DNA of 64,000 nt. It comes from Octopus vulgaris (lineage: Eukaryota). The position numbers and the translations under genes are program-made. Positions 11,845 to 26,431 of this stretch are shown here, piece after piece (position 1 is the first letter of the stretch; the number at the start of each line of letters is the position of its first letter). Where the stretch lies: the NCBI GenBank assembly GCA_951406725.2, contig OX597818.1, forward strand, positions 35,092,001 to 35,156,000, written 5' to 3'. Under the pieces are notes generated by a model. That model did not search any database. It worked only from the letters and a program-made list of their open reading frames with translations, and was not told the origin of the DNA.

Positions 11845-14800
11845 GTAAGTTAACAAGCTGGCTTAATATTTTTTTTGATTGGATTTTCTTGATGCTTTTT
11901 TTTTTTTTTTTTTGTTTAAATCATTTAAAAAAATTATTTAATTATCGTTCTATCAGAATTCTTTTACACATCCTTGAAGGATCGTTTTAGTTATTTAAGA
12001 ACGAACACAAAAATCTGCTGCATTTATTGGTTCGTTTATAAAGTATTGGATTCCTTTTCGCTTTCTCCATCCGACGACTGACAGTCCCACCGCATCTCAG
12101 GCATGTAAGCAAGTAAATTAAGAGATAATAATCATAATAATAATACCCCATTCTACTAAAGGCACAAGGCCTGAAATTTTCAGGAAGGGGACAAGTCGAT
12201 TATATCGACCCCTACTACTTAACTGAGTACTTATTTTATCGAAACCGAAAGGAGAAAAGGCAAAGTTATAATGATTTCTTTATTGACCGCAAAAGGGTTT
12301 ACTTTAAGAAAAAACATTATGGACGGTACAGGATAAAACAAAGAATGTGTGTGTTGTGAGAGCTTTGCCTGTAAACAGGTTTAACGTTAAAAAAAAAATA
12401 ATAATAAAGACCCGGAATAAAATTAATTCAGGTCGCAGAAGTGCGACGAAACTTTTTGACGCTTCATAATAGGCTATTAGGCAATCTTTCGTTGGCTATT
12501 ATATTAAGAAATAAACAAAAAGCCAAAATAATAGATTCTGTGAATTCTAGTATGTAATTGTTTCAGTTTTCACCCACGGTCTCAGATAAAGAGCCACTGG
12601 GCAAACATTTCTCCACAGAGTTTATGCTAATACATGTTCTAATAATGGTGAATAATCCTTGGTACCGAAGGATCATAATCTTGTCTGTATGTTCATTTAA
12701 TCCATCTTATTACCTCATTGTTGTTAATAAAGCACCTTCATACCATGCGTATTTTTGATATTTCTGAACTAAAATATTCATTGTTTGTGAAGAGAACGAA
12801 TTTCTGGTATGAATACTCTAAAAAAATGCTGAACAATAAGACTCCGCTAATAAACCACTGTTTTGGTAATCGGGATTCGCGCCCCCTCCCCTAACTGATT
12901 ACGAAATGAATTAAAGACAAAAAAAAATGACAAAACAAAGAAAACAACAATTTTATTGCAGGAAAACATTCTACAACGCAATATTTATGCTTAGCTGTAT
13001 AATGATTTTACACACATACACACACGTGTATATATATGTATATATATATATATTGTATTATATACGGTATTGATTGGGTGTACGGACTCTTGTATAAAAT
13101 GCGATATATTGTTCATATGTGATCATATGTAAAAAAATAAAAAAAAATTGACTAATGACATATTGAAAGGATTTTATTCTGTAATCTATTTTTGTTAATT
13201 GTATAAAGGAGTGTTCTTTTCGCCTCATGATATTTCTAGAAACATTATTGTAAATATATGAATATCACTTTGTTTATACTTCATTTAATATGGGACACGA
13301 AACTTGATGATTACTCGTTTTTCTTCTTTTGATTAAAAAAAAAAAAAAAAATTGGTTTATGAATATATAATATTTGCTCTGGTACCATATCGTAATGTTG
13401 GTCCAAATGGGGGAATAATTGCTCCTTGTTCTTATACTGGGACATTTCTCCCGAATATGGGATTAATATTTCCACCGCAAGCCTGTAGACTTTAGAATAT
13501 TTTATTCGCTGAGGGGAAGAAATTGGGCTGTTTGTTGCTATGTCCTCATTAATAGCAATCCTGCTACTGCAACCTTTTACAAGGACTAGGAAGGCTCATT
13601 GTAGACAATAACTTAATTGAATGACTCATTTCAGACAACGAACTGTTATCCCTCTCCGCTCGTGGTATCACAGCATTTTGATCAAATTCATTCTTCGCAC
13701 GCGCATACACATAATTTGATTTCCACATGAGATCACTTCACCATAATCCTTCTATTTTAAAGTTTTTTATATAAAAAATATATATTTAAAATCTCTAGCA
13801 GAACACGTTATATATATACTTTTTATAGATTCTCTCTTTCTCATTATTAAGTAGAAATCTACCTATATAAACATCTGTGTTTCGGCTCGGAATCCTCCAG
13901 ACCGAAGCTGTTTACATTATTATATATCTTGGCGATCCTTGTATTAAAGATAATTATGCCTAACGAATTGCATCTGTTTGTATTGTCGAAAACTGGTTCT
14001 TTTGATTCAATTGTAACATATCTATAAAACCACATTTAATTTTCAGTTCGGACTTGCGAGATAAATAGGCATCGCACATGAATTTCCAACTGCATGAATG
14101 ATAATGGATAACGTATTTATCCCACGCACTTTATCCCAAAGTGAATTGCTACTAATCGTTTTGTTAACGATACTCATCAAGGAAGTAATTAACGCTGTTA
14201 ACTTTTAGAAGGTAAACACTAAGGACGATTTGTTAATATGCCCACATCTTTCTCAAGGACGTTAGAATTTCTAAGGAAAGGGAATAGCTATGACTTACGG
14301 GTCGAAACCCGTCTGTGATGATGTAGTGCATGTTTGTGTGTATACACACACGCGCATACACACACACACATAAACATATACATATGTATAATGTATCCGG
14401 TTTTTTTTTCTGTCCGTAGAGGGGAAAACTCATTTAGTAATAATTACCACGATACCGTGATATGTAACACGGATATATTTAATGTATATATGATTACACT
14501 ATCAGAAATAACAGCCAAATCTTACCCAATTGTTAATAATGAAGTTACCGATATATATATATAATATATATAGTTACGACTAGATCACCTTTTGATAAAT
14601 GCAAGCACTCACATAAACACACTGGTAGCGGGTCTAACCACTACAGAGCGAAATTCTCTATATGTATCCCACTCACTATCTCTGCTCGCTCTATCTTTCT
14701 ACTCCAACCTCTGTTCATTGTTATTGTATTGTCTCAGCCAAGAATTTGATACATTAAGCATGTTGGTGTGTAGTGGCCATGATATTCTAAGTCTTCCGAA

Positions 14801-15287
14801 ACTGGTGGGTGAAACAAGAAGAAAGGCAAGATATAGGCTGTGATGGTGTTAAACAATGTGACAAATTAAAAGTTATCACCCGAATCACATTTTTCCCATG
14901 GTTCTCATCCATGCAGCTTTTATCTATCCACTTTTATTTACAGGGTGTTAGTTAATATGAGCCTTTAGTTGTAGACGGTAGGCCACTGTTCTGAGACATT
15001 GATGCATAGCTGTGTATAAGCACATGACTGTTTGGTTTGGTTAAGAAGCTCATTTTACAATCACATGATTTTTGAGTTCAATTCCACTGCACAGTACCTT
15101 AGTTGAATGTCTTCTATATAACTCCAGGCCAACCAATGCCTTGTATGTAAATTTGGTTGATGGAAACTGTGTGGAAGCCTGCCATGTGTATGTGTGTCAT
15201 TAGCTTTCCCTCTCTGCTTGGAAACTAGTGTTGATTTGATTTGTCTAAATCCCTGTAACGGTGGTTTGGCGAAAGAGATCTATAGAA

Positions 15288-15475
15288 TACTCTTTTACTT
15301 GTTTCAGTCATTTGGAGCAACACCTTTAATCGAGCAACTCGACCCCGGGACTTATTCTTTTGTAAGCCCAGTACTTATTCTATCGGTCTTTTTTGCCGAG
15401 TAACGGGGACATAAACACACCAGCATCGGTTGTCAAGCGATGTTGTGGGGGACAAACACAGACACACAAACGTAT

Positions 15476-15506
<31 letters not shown>

Positions 15507-15683
15507 CATACACATACGTACGACGGGCTTCTTTCAGTTACCGTCTACCAAATCCACTCAAGGCTTTGGTTGGCCTGAGGCTATAGTAGAAGACACTTGC
15601 CCAAGGTGCCACGCAGTGGGACTGAACCCAGGAACCATGTGGTTGGTAAACAAGCTACTTACCATACAGCCACACCTACACCT
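15288..15683 (-). mobile_element. SINE family A nested antisense in an older A-like copy (about 15017-15810, +)
   Basis: The old copy is interrupted near ATAGAATA and resumes at GAATAAGTACCAG. Confidence 0.75.
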
Positions 15684-16159
15684 ATGAATAAGTACCAGAC
15701 TTTAAAAAATAAAAACTGAGGTTGATTTTCTTCAACTAAGCACTTCAAGGCGTTGCACCATCATGGCCACAGTTCATATGATTGAAACAAGTAACAGAAC
15801 AAAAGAATTATTTAATCAACTTATGCATGTTTCAGATAGATTGGTAAATTCCAAAATACTGTGATGCAGCAATCATGCATAATAATTGACCCAATATTTG
15901 GTTGACTAAGATTCTACAGAGATAGAAGAATTTAAACTATCCTATCTTTATCGAAGTTATACCAAAATACTTGAATAGATACCATTTTAAGGGTGATAAA
16001 TAATAGTAAAGCTAACAATATTTGATGAGTATAAGGTGTAGGGAGGTATTTCAGCAAACATGTCTAAGGGGGGTCGCTTCGGTCCAGGGCGGAAACGCAG
16101 CAGGCAAAAGACCCTGTGTTGAGCAGCAGTGGGATCGTGCCTGTGAATAGTCGTCGGCT

Positions 16160-16470
16160 GGCAGCCTGTTTGATATATTTGATAGAAAAATTGGGTATAA
16201 GAAGCATTAGTTTTTGTGTGCAAGAGAGAAGACTCTGCTGGTATGGTAATGTGATGTGTATGGATGGGAACTGGCATAAGCAATTGCTGATCTCTAAATG
16301 TGAAGTGAACCTATGGAAGAAGACCCAGAACGATATGGGACAAAGTGGTGAGAAATGATCTTCAGATTATGAGCCTCACAGAAGAGATGACAAAGGACTG
16401 AAACAATTGGCAATTTGCTGTGATTGGGAAGACCCACCCTGTTGGAATCTTTATTATAGGCACAATGGCC
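16160..16470 (+). mobile_element. RTE-group LINE 3' fragment
   Basis: EKLGIRSISFCVQERRLCWYGNVMCMD, then RRPRTIWDKVVRNDL in another frame. Confidence 0.75.
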
Positions 16471-17499
16471 TGAATGAAGAGGAGACATAACAATACAATA
16501 CAGGACATTGGGTACATATAATAAAAATGCAGAAAGGATGATATGAAATGAAATATTAACAATGAATTAAATGAAATGGCTTACGAGCCCCTGAAAGCTC
16601 ACAAAGACCCACCCAGTTAAGTGAAATTGGGGTCTCTCTCCTCTCACTCTCCTCACAGCCAACCCACCATTTTTTCCCCTCCTCTCCATTCTCCCTCGCG
16701 TACTCCCTGCATACAATATGTCCCTGCTTAAATCCCTTCTCCCGCAACATATCTCCATAATATACCTCTGTCTACCAGTTCCTATTCGTTACATCCCACA
16801 CCTCTTGAAATTTTGTGAAGTAATCCACCCACTTACCCTCTCTAATTCCCAATCCACTTCACTGTATGTATCTCCTTGTAACATGGATGTATGGCCCCTG
16901 TCACATCTTTACCATGTTTCTCTCCTCTCTCTTTATCTGAGGTAGCTATGTTTCTCATTTAATGCAAGACATTTTTTCTTTCCCCCAATACTACTCTTCC
17001 CAGTTGAGAGAGGCCTTGTTCTGCAAGTTATGTGGTGACGTCACTGCTGCTGGTGCCACATAAAAAGCACCCAGTGGACTCTATGAAGTGGTTGGCACAC
17101 GAAGGGTATCCAGCCATAGAAACCATGCCAAAATAGATAGCAGAGCTGGGTGCAGTCTTCTGACTTGTCAGTTCCTGTTAAACCATCTTACCAAAACCAT
17201 GGAAAACTGATGTTAAATGATGATGATCATGATGATTTAGATAGATAAACTACGATAAAAAATCAAATTAAAAAAATAATTAAACAATCTAATTACAGAA
17301 TTAAAGATAATTAAACAATGTAATTACAGAATTAAAAATGATTAAACAAGCTAATTACAAAATTAAAAATAATTTAAATAATAACGACAAGAACAATAAT
17401 AATGATAATTAGAAAATAAAATAACAAAAATAATTAGATGAAATAAATATTAGTGTACTAACTAAAAAATCCTAATATACCAGACTATTATATTAGGTG

Positions 17500-17885
17500 C
17501 ACTAAATAGAACTACATTTATTTCGGAAGATTTTGAAGGTTTTTCTAAATAAGTTTCATTTATTTAATGTTAGATTTGGATGTAATGATATGCAGTGTCT
17601 CCTTGAGGTATAAGCTATATTTTTCCATCCATTATATAATAGGGCACTGTTTATTATAGACCATTTAATATTGTACTTAACTTTCCTCTCCTTGAAGCTC
17701 CAGACAAATTTACTTAAAGAAGTGAAGTTTTTTTTTCTATGTTTAAACAAATGTGATTATATAATCTTGACTTAAAATCAGTTGTGCAATCACCTATATA
17801 ATAGTAAGTACATTCTCCTGGTTTTTCTTAAGCATTGGTTATCTAATGGGCATTTTAGATGATTTTTTACAATTACATAACCAGT
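17500..17885 (-). mobile_element. Penelope-like GIY-YIG endonuclease fossil
   Basis: CNCKKSSKCPLDNQCL...YYIGDCTTDFKSRLYNH...TSLSKFVWSFKERKVKYNIKWSII. Confidence 0.8.
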
Positions 17886-18055
17886 TAAGCCTATTATTGA
17901 GAGTTGTTTTTGTCTGAAAAGTTCACATTCCATCTATTATCAACATTAGGTGTTGAGCTAGGAATCTCCTCTGTATTAAGATATGATACATTTGATATAC
18001 ATGTGTTTCTCCTATTCAAGCTAGATATTTTAGATTGATCATATATATATATATA

Positions 18056-19630
18056 ACCCTGGGTTGTTTTTGGTGGCAAGATAGAGGTAGTAGATAGCTT
18101 CCGTTATTTAGGTGACCAAGTTAGTAGCTACTCTCGCCCTTTAGAAAGATAGCGAAGATGAGTGAAATTGAGTTTGGTTTCTTGTGAGGAAGAGGAACAT
18201 CTAACCTAATTTTTGTTGTAAGGTTAGGAAAAGCAGGGGGACATAATGATGTTGTTTCTTGGGTTTGTTGTATCTGGAGAAAGCTTTCAGTAGGGTTCTC
18301 TGTGAAGAGGTGACCAGGGCATTGAGGGTCAGGAGTGTGGATGAATGGTTTGTTAGAATACTGATGTTGATGTAAAAGAGAGGGCACATAATCATTAGGA
18401 TGAGGAACAGGAAATTAGTTTTGAAGTGATAATTGGAGGGCATCAGGGTTCATTGTTAAGCCTGCTATTATTTGTGGTTGTGATGCCATGCTGGCTTGAA
18501 GCAAAAAGAGGGTTAACTATGGCAGTTGCTGTATGTAGTTGATCTGCTGTTAATAGCAGAAAGTATGGATGGATTGAACAAGATAGCTTAGCCCTTTCAC
18601 TACCAACCCGGCTGAAACCGTTCCTGTCTTGTTTTCAAAAGTTTTGAACTAAAATCTTCCACCAAACCTTAGTCACAATTTATGTTCCTAACACCAGCTT
18701 AATGATAACTAAGTTAATTTACTAAATTCTTTGTTATATTTAAAGTAATTGAAAGAAGCACAGAGCATCTCAAAATAAATACAGTAATGAAAGGGTTAAT
18801 GGAAGAAATGTATGGAGGCAAAAAGTGTGAAGGTAAATATCAGAATGATGGAGGTAATGACAAGTTCTAATACATGAGGTGAACTAGAAAGAAAAGGAAA
18901 GTGGCTGCGTGTAGGAAGGGTGTTGGAATAAATTTCAATAAGCGTTATAAGATGTGCTTGATAGATGTTTATCAAAACTGTTATGGGTATAAGAAAGTTT
19001 TGAATCTGGCTGTTTCATCGAAGTGTAAGGTGTGTATGGAGGGAGCTGGAAATGGAGGGACTGTTGAGATGGTGTGAAGAGAAGATGTAAGCTGTGAAAA
19101 CCTTTTGTTATTTATGAGGTATGTTGAATGTAAAGATAGTGGTTCCAGTGAGGGCGGCAAGAGTGAGATGTGTATGGAAGAAGTTCCGGGAACTGAGTGA
19201 CCTAAGAAGAGCAGTGTTGTTGAAACAGAAAGTTTAGTTCTGTGCTTCATATGTGATTTATGGGAGTGAGACATGGGTAATGAACACAAAAACAACAGAG
19301 AAGGCTCGAATAAATTAAATGAGAATGGTTTAGTGAAGGAGCAGTTTTACAGAGAGGGGGAGAGAGGGAGGGAGAGAGAGAGAGAGATACACTGAGCTGC
19401 ACTGGAATAAAGCCAGTAACAGATGTGAAGAGAAATGAAATGAGTTGAATTGATCATGTGCTGAGTCGGCATCCCCCAGCACATGACTGTGTGGGAGGAG
19501 TGCTGAAAATAGATATGAAAGGAAGAAGGCCAAGAAATGTATGGCTTCGGGTAACTGAGAAAGCGATGAATAAGTGGGGGTTGATGAGAGGAGACTGTAG
19601 AAGGTAGGGCAAAATAGAGGACACAGTCAT
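18056..19630 (+). mobile_element. Highly degenerate RTE-like RT remnants interrupted by a TTAA MITE (18588-18799)
   Basis: IEVVDSFRYLGDQVSS, FGFL*GRGTSNLIFVVR, and CTGGAGAAAGCTTT (LEKAF) fragments. Confidence 0.55.
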
Positions 19631-19750
19631 TGAACCTACAAGGCTAAACTCTGCTTTAGTAGGGAAAATAACTTTTAATTGTTAGTAAAAGTATCAGTTG
19701 GTGTGTATGTGAGATATATGTACAGTGTGTGAATGGTGTATCTGCATGTT

Positions 19751-20130
19751 TAGGAGTGGCTGTGTGGTAAGTAGCTTGCTTATCTACTACATAGTTCTGG
19801 GTTCAGTCCCACTGCGTGGCACCTTGGGCAAGTGTCTTCTACTATAGCTTCGGGCTGATCAAAGGCTTGTGAGTGGATTTGCTTGAGAGAAACTGAAAGA
19901 AGCCCATCATATATATATGTCTGTGTGTGTTTGTGTATCTGTGTTTGTTCCCCCAACATCGCTTGACAACTGATGCTGGTGTGTTTACGTCCCCGTAACT
20001 TAGTGGTTCGGCAAAAGAGACCGATAGAATAAGTACTAGGCTTACAAAGAATAAGTCCTGGGTTCGATTTGCTCGACTAAAGGCGGTGCTCCAGCATGGC
20101 CACAGTCAAATGACTGAAACGAGTAAAAGA
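19751..20130 (+). mobile_element. SINE family A
   Basis: Near full-length copy. Confidence 0.85.
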
Positions 20131-20608
20131 GGTATATGTAGCTATATAAATGTATATATGTGTATATACATGTGTGTGTGTGTTGCAGAAAATCTGAAAA
20201 GAAACTAAGATCTTTTGGTTATAGTTGTTGCCATTATTTTCAGAATCCACTTTTCCATGCTGGCATCGGCCAGATAGAATTTTTTGCGGCAGATTTTCTA
20301 TGGTGAGATGCCCTTCCATTTGCAACCCCACCTCCCCCACTTCTTGGCTGGACATTTTCAAGGAAAACTAGAAACAGATGAGACTGCTTGAATGACTGGT
20401 GCTTGCTTACAACCATCACACAATATCCAGACAAGGAGACCCAAACACTCACAAGAGTGGCTGTGTGGTAAGAAGCTTGCATCTCAACCACATGGTTCCG
20501 GGTTCAGTCCCACTGCGTGGCACCTTGGGCAAGTGTCTTCTACTATAGCCTTGGGCCAACCAAATTCTTGTGAGTGGATTTGGTAGACGGAAACTGAAAG
20601 AAGTCTGT

Positions 20609-20656
<48 letters not shown>

Positions 20657-20844
20657 TATATCCCAATTTCTATTGCTTTGTTATATATTTTAATAATTAT
20701 TGATATTTTTATATTTTATATATTATATATGTAAAGCATAATATGTTATACATGTATTATATTGTTATAATTGTGCTTTTAGTAAATAAATAAATTGACA
20801 TAAGTTGATGAATACCACCTATTGATCCCCTCTATTTTCTTATT

Positions 20845-20929
<85 letters not shown>

Positions 20930-21027
20930 GTGTGTGTCTGTATTTGTCCCCGCACCATCATGTGAAACCAACCCTTTATGTGACTACTGGGGTACTTTGT
21001 TCTCATCCCTAAGGTATTTTTTGCTGA

Positions 21028-21058
<31 letters not shown>

Positions 21059-21609
21059 TATTTATTCAATTCACTGACTGGGATTGAACCCGAAATCTTG
21101 GGGTACATAACTCCTCATCTCTAAAATATAGAACAGTACTTCTTGCTTTTATTTTTTTTGTTTCAGTCATTGGACTGTGGCCATGCTGGGGCACTGCTTT
21201 GAAGGGTTTTTGTTCAATAAATTGACCCCAGCACTTATTTTTTTTAAATACTGGTACTTATCCTACTGGACTCTTTTGTTGACCCACTAAGTTATGGGGA
21301 TGTAAACAAACCAACTCTGGTGGTGGTGGAGGAGGGGGGCAAACACTAAGCGCGCGCACACACACACACACTTATGCTGGGCTTCTTTCAGTCTCTATCA
21401 AATTTATTTACATGATGACCCCAAGATTATTGTAGACATTTATCCAAGGTGCCACACAGTGGGAGTGAACCTGGGACCATGTGGCTGGGAAGCAAACCTC
21501 TAACCGCACAGCCATACCTGCACCGAAATAAAGATTTTGTTGCCATTTTCTGCAGCATGAATGGCTCTATGGTGGCTCCCTTGTTATTTTTAAAAAATTT
21601 TTTATTACT

Positions 21610-21830
21610 TACTCTTTACTCTTTTACTTGTTTCAGTCATTTGACTGCGGCCATGCTGGAGCACCGGCTTTAATCGAGCAACTCGACCCCGGGGCTTATT
21701 CTTTTGTAAGCCCAGTACTTATTCTATCGGTCTCTTTTGCTGAACCGCTAAGTAACGGGGACATAAACACACCAGCATCGGTTGTCAAGCAATGCTAGGG
21801 GGACAAACACAGACACACAAATACACATGC

Positions 21831-21871
<41 letters not shown>

Positions 21872-22024
21872 CGACGGGCTTCTTTTCAGTTTCCGTCTAC
21901 CAAATCCACTCACAAGGCTTTGGTCGGCCCGAGGCTATAGTAGAAGACACTTGCCCAAGGTGCCACGCAGTGGGACTGAACCCATAACCATGTGGCTGGT
22001 AAACAAGCTACTTACCACACAGCC
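21610..22024 (-). mobile_element. SINE family A, young-looking copy
   Basis: CpG-rich and near the apparent consensus. Confidence 0.85.
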
Positions 22025-22380
22025 TGTTAGTGTGATTGATGCATCTTCTAAGAATGATGGATTTTGCCCAGTAATTATTAGATATGTACTACTTGTTTCT
22101 GAATTCAAATACCACAGTCTTTTTGCATTTCATCAGTCAATAAATTATGCATTAGTATTATATTTGAAATGTCTACAGCACAGTGCAGCCAGCCATCCTT
22201 TGCTAGTGTGTATGGCTTGGTAGCATGTGTCATTGTTTTTGCTAAGTAGTCGCAAGCAGGCATTGACATACTCTCAGCCCTTCATTGTTGACTCAATGGA
22301 ACACCCAGAATTTGACAGATATAGGGAAAGAGCTGCACCAGTACCTTGTTGGTACTCTTTACAACTTGTTGATACTCTTT

Positions 22381-22755
22381 AGGCATAGGAGTGGCTGTGT
22401 GGTAAATAGCTTGCTTACAAACCACACAGTTCCAGGTTCAGTCCCACTGTGTAGCACCTTGAGCAAGTGTCTTCTACTATAGCCTTGTGAGTGGATTTGG
22501 TAGACGGAAACTGAAAGAAGCCCGTCGTGTATATGTATATATATATATGTTTGTGTGTCTGTGTTTGTCCCCCCAACATCGTTTGACAACCGATGCTGGT
22601 GTGTTTACGTCCCTGTAACTTAGCGGTTCTGCAAAAGAGACTGATAGAATAAGTACTAGGCTTACAAAGAATAAGTCCTGGGGTTGATTTGCTCGACTAA
22701 AGGCGGTGCTCCAGCATCGCCACAGTCAAATGACTGAAACAAGTAAAAAGAGTAA
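22381..22755 (+). mobile_element. SINE family A
   Basis: Full copy, head-to-head with 21610-22024. Confidence 0.85.
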
Positions 22756-22988
22756 CTGAGTAGACTAGAGCAATGGGAAATGAAATGTCTTGTTCAAGGA
22801 CACATGCCACCTGGTCCAGGGATTGACCCCACGATCTCATGTTCATGAGCAAAAATACCTGAACCTTTTTGATACCAACCTGCTTGAGGCCGGCCACCTG
22901 TAGTTCTATGATATACACATCTTATTTTTAAGTGATCTAAATTAAAAACTTCCATAAAAAATTTCAAGTTAATATATGTTTTAAAAGC

Positions 22989-23505
22989 GGAGGTCCGTGG
23001 CTTAGTGGTTAGGGTGTCAGCATCATAATCGTAAGATTGTGGTTTCGATTCCTGGACCGGGCAACGCATTGTGTTCTTGAGCAAAACATTTCATTTCACC
23101 TTGCTCCTGTTCACTCAGCTGGCAAAAATCAGTAATGCTGTGATGGACTGGCATTCCGACCAGCTGGGGAACACATATGCCATTGAAACTGGGAAACTGG
23201 GCCTATGAGCCTGGCTAGGCTTTAAAAGGGCACATTTATTTTTATATTTGAGGAGGCGCGTGGCTTAGTGGTTAGGGTGTCAGCATCATGATCGTAAGAT
23301 TGTGGTTTTGATTCCTGGACCAGGCAACGTGTTGTGTTCTTGAGCAAAACACTTCATTTCACGTTGTTCCAGTCCACTCAGCTGGTAAAAATGAGTAATG
23401 CTGCGATGGACTGGCGTCCCCATCCAACTGGAGAACACATACACCATAGAAACTGGGAAACCGGGCCCATGAGCCTGGCTAGGCTTTAAAAGGGCGCATT
23501 TATTT
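22989..23505 (+). mobile_element. Two tandem copies of SINE family C
   Basis: Units about 22989-23245 and 23252-23505, each GGAGG..GTGGCTTAGTGG...GGTTT(C/T)GATTCC...(ATTT)n. Confidence 0.85.
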
Positions 23506-24210
23506 ATTATATGTTCTAAAAACCAGCTAAATAATGGCAAAATGATTTTAATACATTCTTTGTTATTTTCATCATTAACCGAAACAAAGGCACTGCACTT
23601 CACTAGAAATATAGCAACAAAAGACTTTACCATTAAGCCACATGCCTTCATGAAATACCTATTAACTCCTTTCATAAACAATAGCTTTGGCAGATTGTGA
23701 CAATTTTCAAATTTGCTTTCTAACCTCTTGCAAAAGGTGTGGGATTTTTATTTTTAGATTCAACAGGCTAGATTCCAGGGTTTCAGTCTAATATAAAGTC
23801 ACTTTCAACAGGTTGGATTCCAGAAGCTTTCAGTCTAATATAAAATCAACAACCTACAGGTGTCTTTTTTTTTTTTTCTTTTTTACTTGCTGGAAATTAC
23901 TAACACGTGAATAATAAGAATTGTTTCCTTATTATTATGGTGTGTTGCAGTGGTATAGAAAAGGGGCTTTTAATGCCCCAAGGCAATGACACTTTGGTCC
24001 CACTACCATTACTTTAATTAACAGGTGTGATAGGTCAGAGAATTTTTGTGCCCCTTCACACCTGCAGCTAGAAGCAGCAGCTCCCTTTTTACTCTCCACA
24101 GGGAAGGTGATTCTTATTGCATCAGGTAGTTTCAGATTTTGTTTGACATGACTCCACCTGATTTTATTAAATTACAGTTCTATTGTTATTATTGATGCTG
24201 TTGTTGTTGT

Positions 24211-24900
24211 TAAGATGATAAACTGGCAGAATCGTTAACATTTAAGGTGGCGAGCTGGCAGAAACATTAGCATGCCGGGTGAAATGCTTTGTGGTATTTC
24301 GTCTGCCGCTGCGTTCTGAGTTCAAATTCCGCCGAGGTCGACTTTGCCTTTCATCCTTTCGGGGTTGATAAAATTAAATACCAGTTACACACTGGGATCG
24401 ATGTAATTGTCTTAATCTGTTTGCCTGTCCCCTCTATGTTTAGCCCCTTGTGGGCAATAAAGAAATAAGAATCGTTAACATGCTGGACAAAACACTTAGT
24501 AGCATTTGTTCTGTTTTTAATAATCTGAGTTCAAATCCTGCTGAGGTTGACTTTGCCTTTCAACTTTTCAGGGTTAATAAAATAAGTACCAGTTGAGCAC
24601 TGGGGTCAGTGTAATTGACTGGCCCCTGCCCTACAAATTCCAGGCCTTGTACCTATAATAGAAAAAGTTATTATTACTGTTAGCAAGGCCGCAAGCTGGC
24701 AGAATTGTTAGCATGTCAGGCGAAATGCTTAACAATATTTCATTCATCTTGATGTTCTGAGTTAAAATTCCGCTGGGGTCAACTTTCAGCATCGATAGAT
24801 TAAGTACCTGTTAAACAGTACTGGGGTCAATATAATCGACTGGTCCCCTCCCACAAAATTTCAGGCCTTGTGCCTTTAGTAGAATAGATTATTATTATTA
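24211..24900 (+). mobile_element. Cluster of three nested/tandem SINE family B copies
   Basis: Repeated A/B boxes and central domain. AGAATCGTTAACAT is duplicated around the first full copy. Confidence 0.8.
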
Positions 24901-25521
24901 CCAGCTGGTTCTGTGCCATCAAAAGTGATAGCTAATTGTAGTATTTTATATATAAATATGGATGGTAAATCAAATTAATACACTTGTCAATGTTATCTAA
25001 TGGTTGTCTTTTGAGATGTGACATTGATCATTGTTTGTTACTGAAAGAAAGCTGGTTCACACATACAAGCATTCACATACTTCCCTTGTACATACACACA
25101 CATACACTCACACACTCACACAGTTGAAATGCTGTTTGATTTTTCTTTTCCGTGTTGAATGTTCACCATCCTGCTTCCATTGCGTACACACACACAAACG
25201 TTCACATACCTTCCTTTTACATACACACGCATACAGAGTTGCAATGCTCCCACTACCAGTTTGCAATCACCCCTTCCTTTCTCATTCATGTGTTGTGACG
25301 GAGAAAAACACAAGAGTATTATTATAGTAGATTATTATTATTCTGGTGCAGCCTCCTGGCTTCCCAGACCCTGGTTGAACCGTCCAACCCATGCTAGCAT
25401 GGAAAACGGACGTTAAACGATGATGATTATATCGGACTGAGGTAACTCCTCCAGAAGTTATAGAGAAATAAATAGAAGAGTGCCATCATTGTCATGTGAA
25501 ATTGGTTGAACGATATTTCGG

Positions 25522-25566
<45 letters not shown>

Positions 25567-26431
25567 GGCAGTGAGCTGACAGAATCATTAGCAATCTTTG
25601 TGTTCTGAGTTCAAATTCTGCCAAAGTCAACTTTGCCTTTCATCCTTTCAGGGATTAATAAAATAAGCACCAGTTGAGTGCTGGGGTTGACGTAATCGAC
25701 TTATCCCCACTCCTGAAATTGCTGGCTTTGTGCCAACAACTTGAAAATGATAGTTATTATTATTTCTATTATTGAATATTTTTACTTCTGATCTTATGAT
25801 GTATGCGAGAGAGGATATGGCATGTTGAAAATAGATAATAGGACAGGAAGTTGTGCTCTATTTAGGAAATCCTAGAACTAGAAATTTGTGACATTATGTA
25901 GATGTGTTTTAACCAATCATCTGTTGGTGTTTTGATATTTTTAAAATTTTTTTATTTTGTTGTTATTTAGCTGGAATTCTGCCTTGATTCATCAAACCTA
26001 TGAACAAACGCATTCCATTTTTGGTAGTGTACGTAGGATCACATTATCTAATGTGTTCTTTCTGTAGACAGTAGGACTGTTTTGAGAGAGATTTGGCTGC
26101 TATTTCTAGCAGTTCCAGCAGCCACATAGACACTTTCTTGTTGGTTAATTTTTCTCTATATTGTTTTTATTGTATTTAGAGCAGCTGTTGGCTGTGACTA
26201 TTTAAAGGCTTTACTTGTGACTCTTATTGTTCAATTTAGGCAGTATAAAGACCCAACGCCTCTCATAAAAGCATTAGACCTTACCATGATTATTGTTATA
26301 ATATACTGCCTTTGTTTGAATTAATTTCGAAAAATAATGAAGAATTTAGCAAAATAGCTGTCATTATTAAGCTGGGGTTTGGAGTATGAATTAACATGGA
26401 ATTTTGATAGAAGGCTTTCATTTAGATCATT

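Noticed and set aside
13385-13910. Possible minus-strand exons (about 13863-13907 and 13386-13482)
   Set aside because: Weak splice signals and unrecognised peptides, so it cannot be supported without RNA data.
14268-14320. Hammerhead-like GTCGAAACCCGTC
   Set aside because: No CTGANGA core with a matching stem II.
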